Source: a virus. From it: a stretch of 36,308 bases of DNA. The translations under genes and the position numbers were made by a program. The notes under the pieces are model-generated. The model did no database searches. It had not been told where the DNA came from and saw only the letters and a program-made list of their open reading frames with translations. This document shows, in pieces, positions 28,145 to 35,725 of the stretch. Numbering within the stretch: the stretch's first letter is position 1; the number at the start of each line of letters is the position of its first letter. The DNA lies in IMG/VR virus record IMGVR_UViG_3300044452_000161. One strand, given 5' to 3'.

Positions 28145-28759
28145 TCACAGGTCAAAGTCGAACGTTTCCAATTCCGCTAGACAAATGAACTGCGTCCCGT
28201 CGATCACCATAGCGGCAGATTGATGCCAGTGGCCAAAAATCCATATATCTGGTTGATGGAATTCAAACATGTCTTGAAAAGTCACACTTGTCCGAGACGG
28301 AAAGCTGTGGGACTTGAAGTCTTTGAATAGAACATCCGTCACTTTGTCCGGAGCGTCGTGGGTGACCATGATCCGAGGTAACTTTGTGATGTAGGTTTGT
28401 TCAACGCGGTAAAACTCTTGGAAAGACAATTCCTCCTCGTGCCACCAAGACACACCGGGTGTGCGAAAGTCTTTGTCGATTGATAGTGCGCCACCAACCA
28501 ACATCATTCCTGTATTCGGATCATAGGTTCCGTCTTTGATCCATCCGGGGCTTTCCTTGCACCTTCCTGGGTCATCGTGGTTACCACGAATGAACCGGTG
28601 AACGTCTGCGGAATCTTCCCACAATGACTCTAAAGCTGCTACTTTTCTTCCTGTCAGAAAGCCCATTCCCAGGTCTCCGACTTGGATACTTTCATCGCAG
28701 TCTTGGAGGAGTTCAAGATAGGGGCCAATATGACCGTGTACGTCGCCTATGAAGCGCAT
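28145..28759 (-). CDS. Calcineurin-like metallophosphoesterase
   Basis: IGDVHG, VGDLG, RGNHD, VTHDAP, FGHWH. Confidence 0.88.
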   Translation of the reverse strand: MRFIGDVHGHIGPYLELLQDCDESIQVGDLGMGFLTGRKVAALESLWEDSADVHRFIRGNHDDPGRCKESPGWIKDGTYDPNTGMMLVGGALSIDKDFRTPGVSWWHEEELSFQEFYRVEQTYITKLPRIMVTHDAPDKVTDVLFKDFKSHSFPSRTSVTFQDMFEFHQPDIWIFGHWHQSAAMVIDGTQFICLAELETFDFDL

Positions 28760-28776
28760 TTTGGATACCTGTTAAT

Positions 28777-29142
28777 TCGGGTGTAGACCCATATTTCACC
28801 GCTGGCTGCAACCACCTGCACTTTCGATATTCACTGTCGTAAGTTGCCGTAGACCCACATTTCACCGTTGGCTGCAACTGAAGTTGCGCAGGCCAAGAGA
28901 TTGATCGTGTTGCCGTAGACCCAAATTTCACCGCGGGCTGCAACGTTCAAATCACTGCTGACAAGACTGCTGATGTTGCCGTAGACCCACATTTCACCAA
29001 GGACTGCAACTATTGGCTCCGTTACGAATGAAGGATTCAAGTTGCCGTAGACCCACATTTCACCAAGGACTACAACTGTCACTGCTGCTGCAAGTACAAC
29101 CAACTCGTTGCCGTAGACCCACATTTCACCGCTGGCTGCAAC
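28777..29142 (-). CRISPR. CRISPR array: 6 repeats of 36 bp and 5 unique 30-bp spacers
   Basis: Plus-strand consensus GTTGCCGTAGACCCACATTTCACCGCTGGCTGCAAC at 28777 (degenerate first 6 nt), 28843, 28909, 28975, 29041, 29107; strand inferred from the adjacent nuclease. Confidence 0.93.
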
Positions 29143-29149
29143 TGATGTG

Positions 29150-29445
29150 CTAACAACTAATTGATCCTTCGATAGAATCTCCCGGTTCGATGGTAAAAGA
29201 GTGTCCTCCCGGCCCGTGTGAAGATGTCTTCACAGGGCTAACGATGGGATTCAACAGGTCGTTCTTTCCAAGTGCATTACACTCAGAGAGATCGGGGGCA
29301 ACATCGAACGATACGATGTTTCCTCCCATGCCTGCCTTCCATCCAGACAAACTGTCTGGAGCGTTGGTCGTCTGCTGGTTGACCAACATGGGACCAGCAA
29401 CAGTCCCCATATATCCCGAAGACATCAAGCGATGGTTCGGGAATG
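29150..29445 (-). ncRNA. Candidate omegaRNA/tracrRNA-like scaffold overlapping the 3' end of the nuclease gene
   Basis: Six inverted repeats in ~230 bp, loop-loop complementarity and a partial anti-repeat; boundaries unknown. Confidence 0.55.
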
Positions 29446-30790
29446 CTTTGTTGAGGATATTGAACGCTGCCATTTCATCAGCGTGTTCCTCATGTCCGCA
29501 CGTGGAGCAGTGAAACTTTTCCTGCCGAACGCGGCTTACTTTGGATACGGACCCACACGCTTTACACGTCTGAGACGTATAAGCGGGATCGACGGATAAA
29601 ACATGATGTCCAACCCCCGCAGCTTTGTATTCAAGCTGTGACCTAAACATGTACTTTGGAACATCCAAGAACGTACGATTGAAGTTCGCCTGAGCTTGGT
29701 TGGATATAACCTTCTTTCCTGACTTTCTGCGTGACTTTCCGCTCTCAGTCATTTTCTTGACCGACAAGTCCTCAACAGCGATGTGCGTGTAATTTCGAAC
29801 CAGATCAGTCGTTATCTTGTGAAGTGCCAATCTCTTTCTGGCTGCCTCTTTACGCAGCTTTGCAGCAAGTTTCTTCCGAACGGCATTTCGTTTCTTGCTA
29901 CCCTTTTGTTTTCTTGAAAGCGCCTTCCGAAGGTGCGTCGTTTCGTGTTTGTGTTCTGGTGAGGTTGGAATGTCAAACGCTTCCAATATGCTTCCAGATA
30001 GACCAGTGGAGTCAGCAATAGCAATTGGATTTGTTGTCCCAAGATCAACCCCGACAAATCGCGGTTCAATACTTGTGTTTTCCACAACTTCTCGACTGGT
30101 GGCGACGCATATCGACCAAATATCATCTTCGCGAACAATTGTTGCTGTGTGGAGTTTCCGGCGACGCAGTCTTGCATGTCCGTTGTACTTAATCCACCCA
30201 ATTTTTGCCACTTTGACGCAGTCTTTTCCAAATACGGTACAGGCTTTTCCGCTCAAATAAATCCGATACGTAAGAGACTGAACTCCTCGCGTGCTTCGAA
30301 ACTTTGGTTTATCACAGGGTTTTCTTTTCCGAAGATTGTCGAAGTATTTGTCCCAAGCCATGTCTAGACTATCAAGAGCGTATTTGAACTGGTCTTTGCC
30401 AGCGTATTCATATAGCCACGATAGTTCAGGATCGTCCCTCAGGCCAGACAAGCTGACTAACTCCGATTTACGCAATCGAGCTACAGCCCTTTCCTTGGAG
30501 CCGTCTTTGGTCTTGCTAAACTTGTTGTTTGCATCATCCCAAGGCTTCCACTGTGGGAGGACTCTTTCAGTCTTGCAGTCCCGAAAACCAACTTCCTTTA
30601 CCTGTCTATTCGAGTTGAAAGAAGAGTTTCTGCCGTGTCTGTCAGTTCCCTGAACTTCTGAGTACATACGACGCTGTTCATTGGCCGCGTTGTACACCAT
30701 ACGGACGGCTGCAAATGCCTGTTCCAACTGCGCCTTTTGGGCTGTCGTTGGGTATAGACGGAACTTCAATGTTCTCATCTTGCGCGGCAT
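29150..30790 (-). CDS. IS605 TnpB-like RuvC nuclease; candidate compact type V CRISPR effector
   Basis: TLKFRLYPT..Q...L...F..VRMVYN; RuvC-I VGVDLG; RuvC-II IAVEDL; VDPAYTSQTCKACG..CSTCG Zn ribbon; RuvC-III HADEMAAFNI; AAAGGA RBS favours the ATG at 30790 (alternative 30823). Confidence 0.88.
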   Translation of the reverse strand: MPRKMRTLKFRLYPTTAQKAQLEQAFAAVRMVYNAANEQRRMYSEVQGTDRHGRNSSFNSNRQVKEVGFRDCKTERVLPQWKPWDDANNKFSKTKDGSKERAVARLRKSELVSLSGLRDDPELSWLYEYAGKDQFKYALDSLDMAWDKYFDNLRKRKPCDKPKFRSTRGVQSLTYRIYLSGKACTVFGKDCVKVAKIGWIKYNGHARLRRRKLHTATIVREDDIWSICVATSREVVENTSIEPRFVGVDLGTTNPIAIADSTGLSGSILEAFDIPTSPEHKHETTHLRKALSRKQKGSKKRNAVRKKLAAKLRKEAARKRLALHKITTDLVRNYTHIAVEDLSVKKMTESGKSRRKSGKKVISNQAQANFNRTFLDVPKYMFRSQLEYKAAGVGHHVLSVDPAYTSQTCKACGSVSKVSRVRQEKFHCSTCGHEEHADEMAAFNILNKAFPNHRLMSSGYMGTVAGPMLVNQQTTNAPDSLSGWKAGMGGNIVSFDVAPDLSECNALGKNDLLNPIVSPVKTSSHGPGGHSFTIEPGDSIEGSISC

Positions 30791-30827
30791 TCGGTGACAT
30801 CCTTTCGTTCGTTTCGCTGTCATCTAA

Positions 30828-30844
30828 TGTGATTCTTGATGACA
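30828..30844. promoter_or_regulatory. Near-consensus TGTCA-N7-TGACA site upstream of the nuclease
   Basis: TGTGA TTCTTGA TGACA; 15 of 17 identical to the 28067 copy. Confidence 0.5.
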
Positions 30845-30857
30845 ATGCAAGGGAAAA

Positions 30858-31334
30858 TTACAAAATTCTTGAAATTGCTTCTTCAATATTCACAGGCGAG
30901 AAGTTTGTGGCATCTGCACCGACATTCCCCCGCCTCTCTGCGGAAAGGAACTCGGTCTTATGCGTGTGGCAGTGGAAATGTACCGATCCGCTAAACCAAC
31001 CGTCCCACTCTTCAATAGGGTAGTGAAACAGTACGACAGACCTGCCACATCTGGGTTTAAGTTTGAGATAGTTCTGCCCCCAGGACGTTCTGTCATGGTT
31101 GCCTTGAATGCGAACTATCTGTCCGTTCAGGGCCTTTTCGTACTCTTTTGCGGGTTGTCCTTTGTACGAAAAATCTCCCAGGTGATACACTGTGTCCCCT
31201 GGCTTGACGATGTTGTTCCAGTTCTGGATCAAAACGTCATTCATCTCTTCCAAGCTATTGAATGGTCGGTTCGCAAGTTTTACAATGTTTTTGTGCCCAA
31301 AGTGGGTACAACCGATCATAAACTCATTAGACAT
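30858..31334 (-). CDS. Calcineurin-like metallophosphoesterase (phage type)
   Basis: GCTHFGHKNI, EMNDVLIQNWN, YHLGDFS, GNHD, LFHYPI, HCHTH, NVGAD; start MSNEF coupled (TAATG) to the upstream gene. Confidence 0.85.
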   Translation of the reverse strand: MSNEFMIGCTHFGHKNIVKLANRPFNSLEEMNDVLIQNWNNIVKPGDTVYHLGDFSYKGQPAKEYEKALNGQIVRIQGNHDRTSWGQNYLKLKPRCGRSVVLFHYPIEEWDGWFSGSVHFHCHTHKTEFLSAERRGNVGADATNFSPVNIEEAISRIL

Positions 31335-31648
31335 TATTGAAACTTCCTTCGCAATTCTGACAGGTGTTCTACGCCTGCCTGTGTGATTTGATACCCCGAT
31401 CCGTTGGGTTGTCCCTCTTCGTTGACCAAAGTGCGGCTGTAGACGCACATACCTCGCTCTCGTAGAGAACGCATCGTATCCTGAATGATCAGTTTTCCCA
31501 TGTCTTCTCTGATCTCCTTCAGGTGCGTGAAGAATTCATTATTAGGGGTCGTACGATCATCCAAAAAGGACAGTGCATAGAAGTCCAAGCGGCTGTGAAT
31601 GTCTTTCGCTGCGTCGCTTTTTTCAGTGCTGTTCGTCATATAGGTCAC
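31334..31648 (-). CDS. Hypothetical protein, possible winged-helix C-terminus
   Basis: MRSLRERGM..GSGYQITQAG. Confidence 0.5.
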   Translation of the reverse strand: MTYMTNSTEKSDAAKDIHSRLDFYALSFLDDRTTPNNEFFTHLKEIREDMGKLIIQDTMRSLRERGMCVYSRTLVNEEGQPNGSGYQITQAGVEHLSELRRKFQ

Positions 31649-31835
31649 CGATTAGAACGTCTTTGATTTCTTTCATCTTACTCAGTCGACCGGCGTTGTA
31701 AGCTGCCTCAAAAAGCTCTTTGATACGCTTGGCCTGGGCAGCGTTGGCTGCACACACAGTCCAATAGTGGCTGGCCACTACTCTGCCTTCCACTTGGCAA
31801 TCTTTGAAAGGGTTATGCGGCATGTCGTGCTTCAT
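31623..31835 (-). CDS. Small hypothetical protein
   Basis: 70-aa ORF in a packed minus-strand run. Confidence 0.45.
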   Translation of the reverse strand: MKHDMPHNPFKDCQVEGRVVASHYWTVCAANAAQAKRIKELFEAAYNAGRLSKMKEIKDVLIGDLYDEQH

Positions 31836-32085
31836 TCAAGTTGATGATGTGGGCGACTCTTCCATCAACGAGCATGACAACCATGTGCTCCGGAAGAGTC
31901 TTGTTTACTCGAACAGGAATACCAAACAGAGTGGAAGGTGTATCTGTCGGCTTGGTGGTTCTAAGTTCATTGAAGGATTTGAGGAATTGTTCCATGCTGC
32001 CAACCTGAATTAGGTCAGGTTTTGGTTTTAGTGGTAACAGTTCGCTCTGTAGTTCGCGTAGCATTGAGTAGGTGATGCCTGCCAA
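31813..32085 (-). CDS. Hypothetical protein
   Basis: 90 aa, GAGGT RBS, TLFGIPVRVN. Confidence 0.5.
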   Translation of the reverse strand: MAGITYSMLRELQSELLPLKPKPDLIQVGSMEQFLKSFNELRTTKPTDTPSTLFGIPVRVNKTLPEHMVVMLVDGRVAHIINLNEARHAA

Positions 32086-32106
32086 TTGTAGACCTCGGTG
32101 TTTGTT

Positions 32107-32301
32107 TCACATTCGAATACTGGTTCGGTAACCGCAGTTGTCGCAATGCGCGGACAACCGAGAAGGATCACTCATAAGCGCAGTGCAGTTGTCCTTTTGC
32201 AGTTCAGAACCACAAGCTGGACACTTCACTCCGCTTGGGGAATAGCGTGGTCCAGGATAAAACGGGTGTTCCTGGTTATGTTGTTCGATTGTCTTGAGCA
32301 C
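32107..32301 (-). CDS. Small Zn-ribbon protein
   Basis: CPACG..CDNCGY; GGGAGA RBS. Confidence 0.55.
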   Translation of the reverse strand: MLKTIEQHNQEHPFYPGPRYSPSGVKCPACGSELQKDNCTALMSDPSRLSAHCDNCGYRTSIRM

Positions 32302-32477
32302 TGAATTTCTCCCGTTCGTAGAATGGTGACTAGCCGCTCCCTAGTCTAATGGTATTCTCCCCTTATAGGTTGGCCCCACCAGGCGCTTGCACGGGCCTAT
32401 ACATCAACACCGTTGTTGTACCTCATGTTTAGTGACCGTGAGGCGTATGCACGGTCAGTAGGATGTTCAAGAAAGCG

Positions 32478-32792
32478 TCATCTCTCATCTCTGTCTTTTA
32501 GTGCCACCTCAGCACCTTCAACAAAACTATTCCAAAGCGCAGTCAGGATGCGTGCATGTGTTGGACTGTTAGGTGATGTTCCGGTGTGGCAAAGAACCGT
32601 TTCGGTGTCGGCTAGATACAAGCCGTGCATCCGTTGCAGTCCTTCCTGACCAAAGGTGTTCGCGGTAGTCTCGACAGATGTCTTTATGTGATCGGAATGT
32701 TCTTGTGCGTTTAGTTCTTTTGTAGCGCCCCACTCAACGCGTCCAACGGCCAACGCGGCTCTCTGCATCTCTAGAAGTACTTCGTCACTCAT
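32478..32792 (-). CDS. Hypothetical protein
   Basis: 104 aa, GGGAG RBS. Confidence 0.55.
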   Translation of the reverse strand: MSDEVLLEMQRAALAVGRVEWGATKELNAQEHSDHIKTSVETTANTFGQEGLQRMHGLYLADTETVLCHTGTSPNSPTHARILTALWNSFVEGAEVALKDRDER

Positions 32793-33475
32793 TATCAGAC
32801 TCCCAATCGATTTTATCTATCTTCTTCGAAACAATGGAATTATCAGGTCGAAAACCAAGACCGTCATTCCAAAAGCCCATGGGGCAACGAATACAATCGT
32901 AAAAATCAACCAGGCTTCCCAACCTGTAGATTCCCAGCCACTCACTGAAAGTCGGATTGAAGTCTCATCCATCGGCTTCTCTTCCGTCTTCGCGTAACGT
33001 GCCGCTCATGGCGTTGAGTATTTCAGCCGCCAACGTTCCAATATCTATAGGATCAAGACATCGACGAGAACCTTTGTTCCGTTCCAGCGCCATGCGCTCC
33101 GCTATCTCTAAAGCTTTCGCGTGTGCCGCATCAGACATCGATCACCCCACCACTTGAAGTGCATTGAAAATCAGCGCCCAGAACGCAAAGCATTCTCCTA
33201 TGCCAAGGAGAAACCCAGCGACTCCATAGGCCGAACTTTCACCTCTACCAGGACCACGAGAGGCCCAAACAGCCATCAAAAACAACATCGCAGTAAACAT
33301 AACTCACCTCACTCCATTTTGCGTGGATTGACGTCAATAACGTCAAGCCTCTCAATGGCATCCGCACCCTCAGAGTACGCGGTGCTGGTTTCCTCGGGAC
33401 AATCACCGTGCTCAAAGCAAAGCTGTCGGTGTTGTCCGCGAAGAAAACTAACCCAATCTCTCTTGTGAGGAGCCA

Positions 33476-33658
33476 TCACTCAGTCCATTCCGTTTTGTTG
33501 GTTACGTCACCGACGTGAACACTTGATCCACGTATAGCAGCGGCACCACCAACGACCGTTATGATGATGCCCTTGACGACAATACCGATGCCAATCGTAA
33601 TCCCCAGCCAAATCCAAAACCCGGAGACGTAGAATTGAAGAACGTCAAGCATCGTCAC
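33476..33658 (-). CDS. Small membrane protein
   Basis: Hydrophobic FWIWLGITIGIGIVVKGIIITVVGG. Confidence 0.5.
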   Translation of the reverse strand: MTMLDVLQFYVSGFWIWLGITIGIGIVVKGIIITVVGGAAAIRGSSVHVGDVTNKTEWTE

Positions 33659-33903
33659 ACATCCCGCTCCGATTTATTCAATGCTGCTCGTGCTTTCTTT
33701 CCGCCGTCCATAGCCAGCGCATGACGGCCTATGTCACCTTCTGAGTGAATCAGACGGGCAAGTCGTGCCTGCTCTCCGTACCACTCAAGAACAGTCTCAA
33801 GTTCCTTAATCCGGGCGACGTACCAAGAAAGCGCCCCATCAGAAGACCCTTTGGACACGATGCGTCTCTTTTGCATGGACAATTCTGTATCACGATGGCT
33901 CAT
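33655..33903 (-). CDS. Hypothetical protein
   Basis: 82 aa, ARIKELETVLEWY..GGKKARAAL. Confidence 0.5.
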   Translation of the reverse strand: MSHRDTELSMQKRRIVSKGSSDGALSWYVARIKELETVLEWYGEQARLARLIHSEGDIGRHALAMDGGKKARAALNKSERDV

Positions 33904-33908
33904 CGTCT

Positions 33909-34133
33909 TTACCCCTCTTCCAGCTTAACTAACTCGTCGAGAAGGGACCCGTCGTCATCAATGCTCGAGAATTCCTCAAGAACCTTTGCACGCCAACTCA
34001 ACATCGGTGATGTCGCCCGCAACATATCCATTGTGATCAAGAGAATTTTCCGATCCTGTGCGGTCATCGCTTCGTCGCGATGCAATACAGCCATCGCATC
34101 AATGATCTTCAGGGTATCCTCCAAAACGCTCAT
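33909..34133 (-). CDS. Hypothetical protein
   Basis: Likely start MSVLEDT after GGAAGG. Confidence 0.45.
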   Translation of the reverse strand: MSVLEDTLKIIDAMAVLHRDEAMTAQDRKILLITMDMLRATSPMLSWRAKVLEEFSSIDDDGSLLDELVKLEEG

Positions 34134-34305
34134 TGGTTTTTCCTTCCAAAGGCAAAATGGAAGAAGGATTTTATGTACTTTTCGTACAGGTAAATCACTC
34201 CGAACATCCACGGTATAGACACGAAGACTGCGAACAGAAATACGTCCTCAAGGCCACTGCTTTCATATCCCAGAAAGCTGAGTTTGCTTTGCTCAATGCT
34301 TCCGG

Positions 34306-34521
34306 TCACCTGCCGTCTCCTTGTGCATGAAGGAAATCCATGTCGCGGACAGCAAAGGTTCTTGCTTCTTGCTTGTCATGATCAAACACATCCATCAGCC
34401 ACTGGGACTCTGGATGCCATTCGTTGTTGCCCCAGAACACTGCGAACGGTGTTATGGTTCTAACAGACGAGACGCCTTTGTAGTTGGTGTAGACAACCTT
34501 TATGGCTTTGTGTTCGTTCAT
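34306..34521 (-). CDS. Stand-alone WYL-domain protein
   Basis: YTNYKG..SVRTITP..WG..EWHP..QWLM..D.DKQEARTFAVRDM. Confidence 0.75.
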   Translation of the reverse strand: MNEHKAIKVVYTNYKGVSSVRTITPFAVFWGNNEWHPESQWLMDVFDHDKQEARTFAVRDMDFLHAQGDGR

Positions 34522-34841
34522 CAGTCACTGAGACTCGACATAATATCCGATGCAGACATAACCGGTTGGTGATGCATGTATTTCATCTTACGTTTTACAG
34601 CAGCCATCACCTGTTCGTCGTCTGGCATGGTGATGTCGTTGGTTGCCCACAGAATTGAAACCATCGCGATTACATCCGCAATCTCGCGTTCCAAATGCTC
34701 TCGGTTGTCAACGTCCGGATTCTTGGGATGGTAGTTGTCATATCCATGCCGAATAATTTTTCCGACAGCCTGTACGACCTCGCCGCATTCTTCCGCCAAT
34801 ATAGCTAGGCGTTCCAATTCCGGATCAGTTACCTTTTCCAC
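34521..34841 (-). CDS. MazG-like nucleotide pyrophosphohydrolase
   Basis: LAEECGEVVQAVGKIIRHG..LEREIADV (EExxE..ExxD). Confidence 0.75.
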   Translation of the reverse strand: MEKVTDPELERLAILAEECGEVVQAVGKIIRHGYDNYHPKNPDVDNREHLEREIADVIAMVSILWATNDITMPDDEQVMAAVKRKMKYMHHQPVMSASDIMSSLSD

Positions 34842-34893
34842 GTCACAATCTCCAAGGTGATGGTGTCATGATTGCTAACACATTACGCGCATA

Positions 34894-34910
34894 TGTCAAT
34901 TAAAATGACA
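34894..34910. promoter_or_regulatory. TGTCA-N7-TGACA palindrome
   Basis: TGTCA ATTAAAA TGACA, intergenic, upstream of the MazG-like gene. Confidence 0.6.
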
Positions 34911-34925
34911 CATTCTGACATGCGA

Positions 34926-35327
34926 CTACCAGTTTTCGGTCTGAGTCAGAAACTCGCCGTCTCTCATTCGGATCAAATCATCCAAAGCAGCTTGCTCTGT
35001 TCGAGACTTCAGAACCCAGGCTTCTGGCCAGGTCACTGAAAAGGTCTCCGCGATAACGTCGACCACGCTGATTTCGAAAGCGTGTCGAGCATTGTCTTTG
35101 TCGTGTAGCTTCCTCTTGATGCACTCCTCGAACGAACCGCTGCCCACACACGCCTCTTCCATGTCTCTGATGCTGTCGATGAACCGAGTCTGCGACTTAA
35201 TGTGATCGTGGATGTAGGTCTCTGGCATCCCTTGTGAGAAGGCCTGCAGTGCTACAGAGCCTACTCCTGCTGCTAAGGTTACGAAGATGACAAGACGAAA
35301 GGTTTCAAAGCTCATCGTCATCCCCAA
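34926..35327 (-). CDS. Hypothetical protein with N-terminal TM/signal segment
   Basis: LVIFVTLAAGVGSVALQA; start uncertain. Confidence 0.5.
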   Translation of the reverse strand: MGMTMSFETFRLVIFVTLAAGVGSVALQAFSQGMPETYIHDHIKSQTRFIDSIRDMEEACVGSGSFEECIKRKLHDKDNARHAFEISVVDVIAETFSVTWPEAWVLKSRTEQAALDDLIRMRDGEFLTQTENW

Positions 35328-35725
35328 TCAGAGCAGAGGTGCCAAGTTAGTTCACCCTTGATGTCGTATTTTTCTGCGAACTCTTTCAATGCCATGAAGT
35401 CTTCTGGGGTGACTTCCGGAAGTGAATCAAATGTTATCGGATGGCCGCGCCAGGCCGTCAAATGCGTTGCTTTTATTCCAAGTATCCACATTGGATATTC
35501 ATAGTGACAGTGACTAATGACACTAAGCGGACACGCCTTGACGATCTCTTTCTTCTCTTCAAGCCATCCTTCTTCTGGATACTGCTTACCACCAGCAAGC
35601 CGGACAAGAGTATCATCAAAATCTTCGTCAACCTCACTGGCAAATGGGAGGTTGCCGTAATCCTCCTCATCAAAGTCCGTAAGAGCTATCCCAAAGATGA
35701 GATAGGCGTCAGTTGATACCCCCAT
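35318..35725 (-). CDS. Acidic phage hypothetical protein
   Basis: 135 aa, GGAGG RBS, MGVSTDAYLIFGI. Confidence 0.6.
   Translation of the reverse strand: MGVSTDAYLIFGIALTDFDEEDYGNLPFASEVDEDFDDTLVRLAGGKQYPEEGWLEEKKEIVKACPLSVISHCHYEYPMWILGIKATHLTAWRGHPITFDSLPEVTPEDFMALKEFAEKYDIKGELTWHLCSDWG

Noticed and set aside
28879-28908. Spacer peptide EVAQAKRLI resembling primase DVFEAKRLL or AAQAKRI in 31623-31835 (self-targeting)
   Set aside because: Only about 16 of 30 nucleotides match the primase site, and two unrelated hits suggest chance.
28713-29124. ORFs with repeated MWVYGN or QPAVK peptides (66-bp period, a multiple of 3) as a repeat protein
   Set aside because: The 36-bp units are conserved at all codon positions while the 30-bp inserts are unrelated, which is CRISPR structure.
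29150-30823. An intact IS200/IS605 or IS607 element
   Set aside because: No tnpA, and no recognisable IS ends; the position where a right end would be is occupied by the array.
33305-33478. Open frame continuing past the TGA of 33476-33658 as possible readthrough
   Set aside because: No recognisable motif and no homology evidence; it could be a small ORF with an unusual start or a frameshifted gene.
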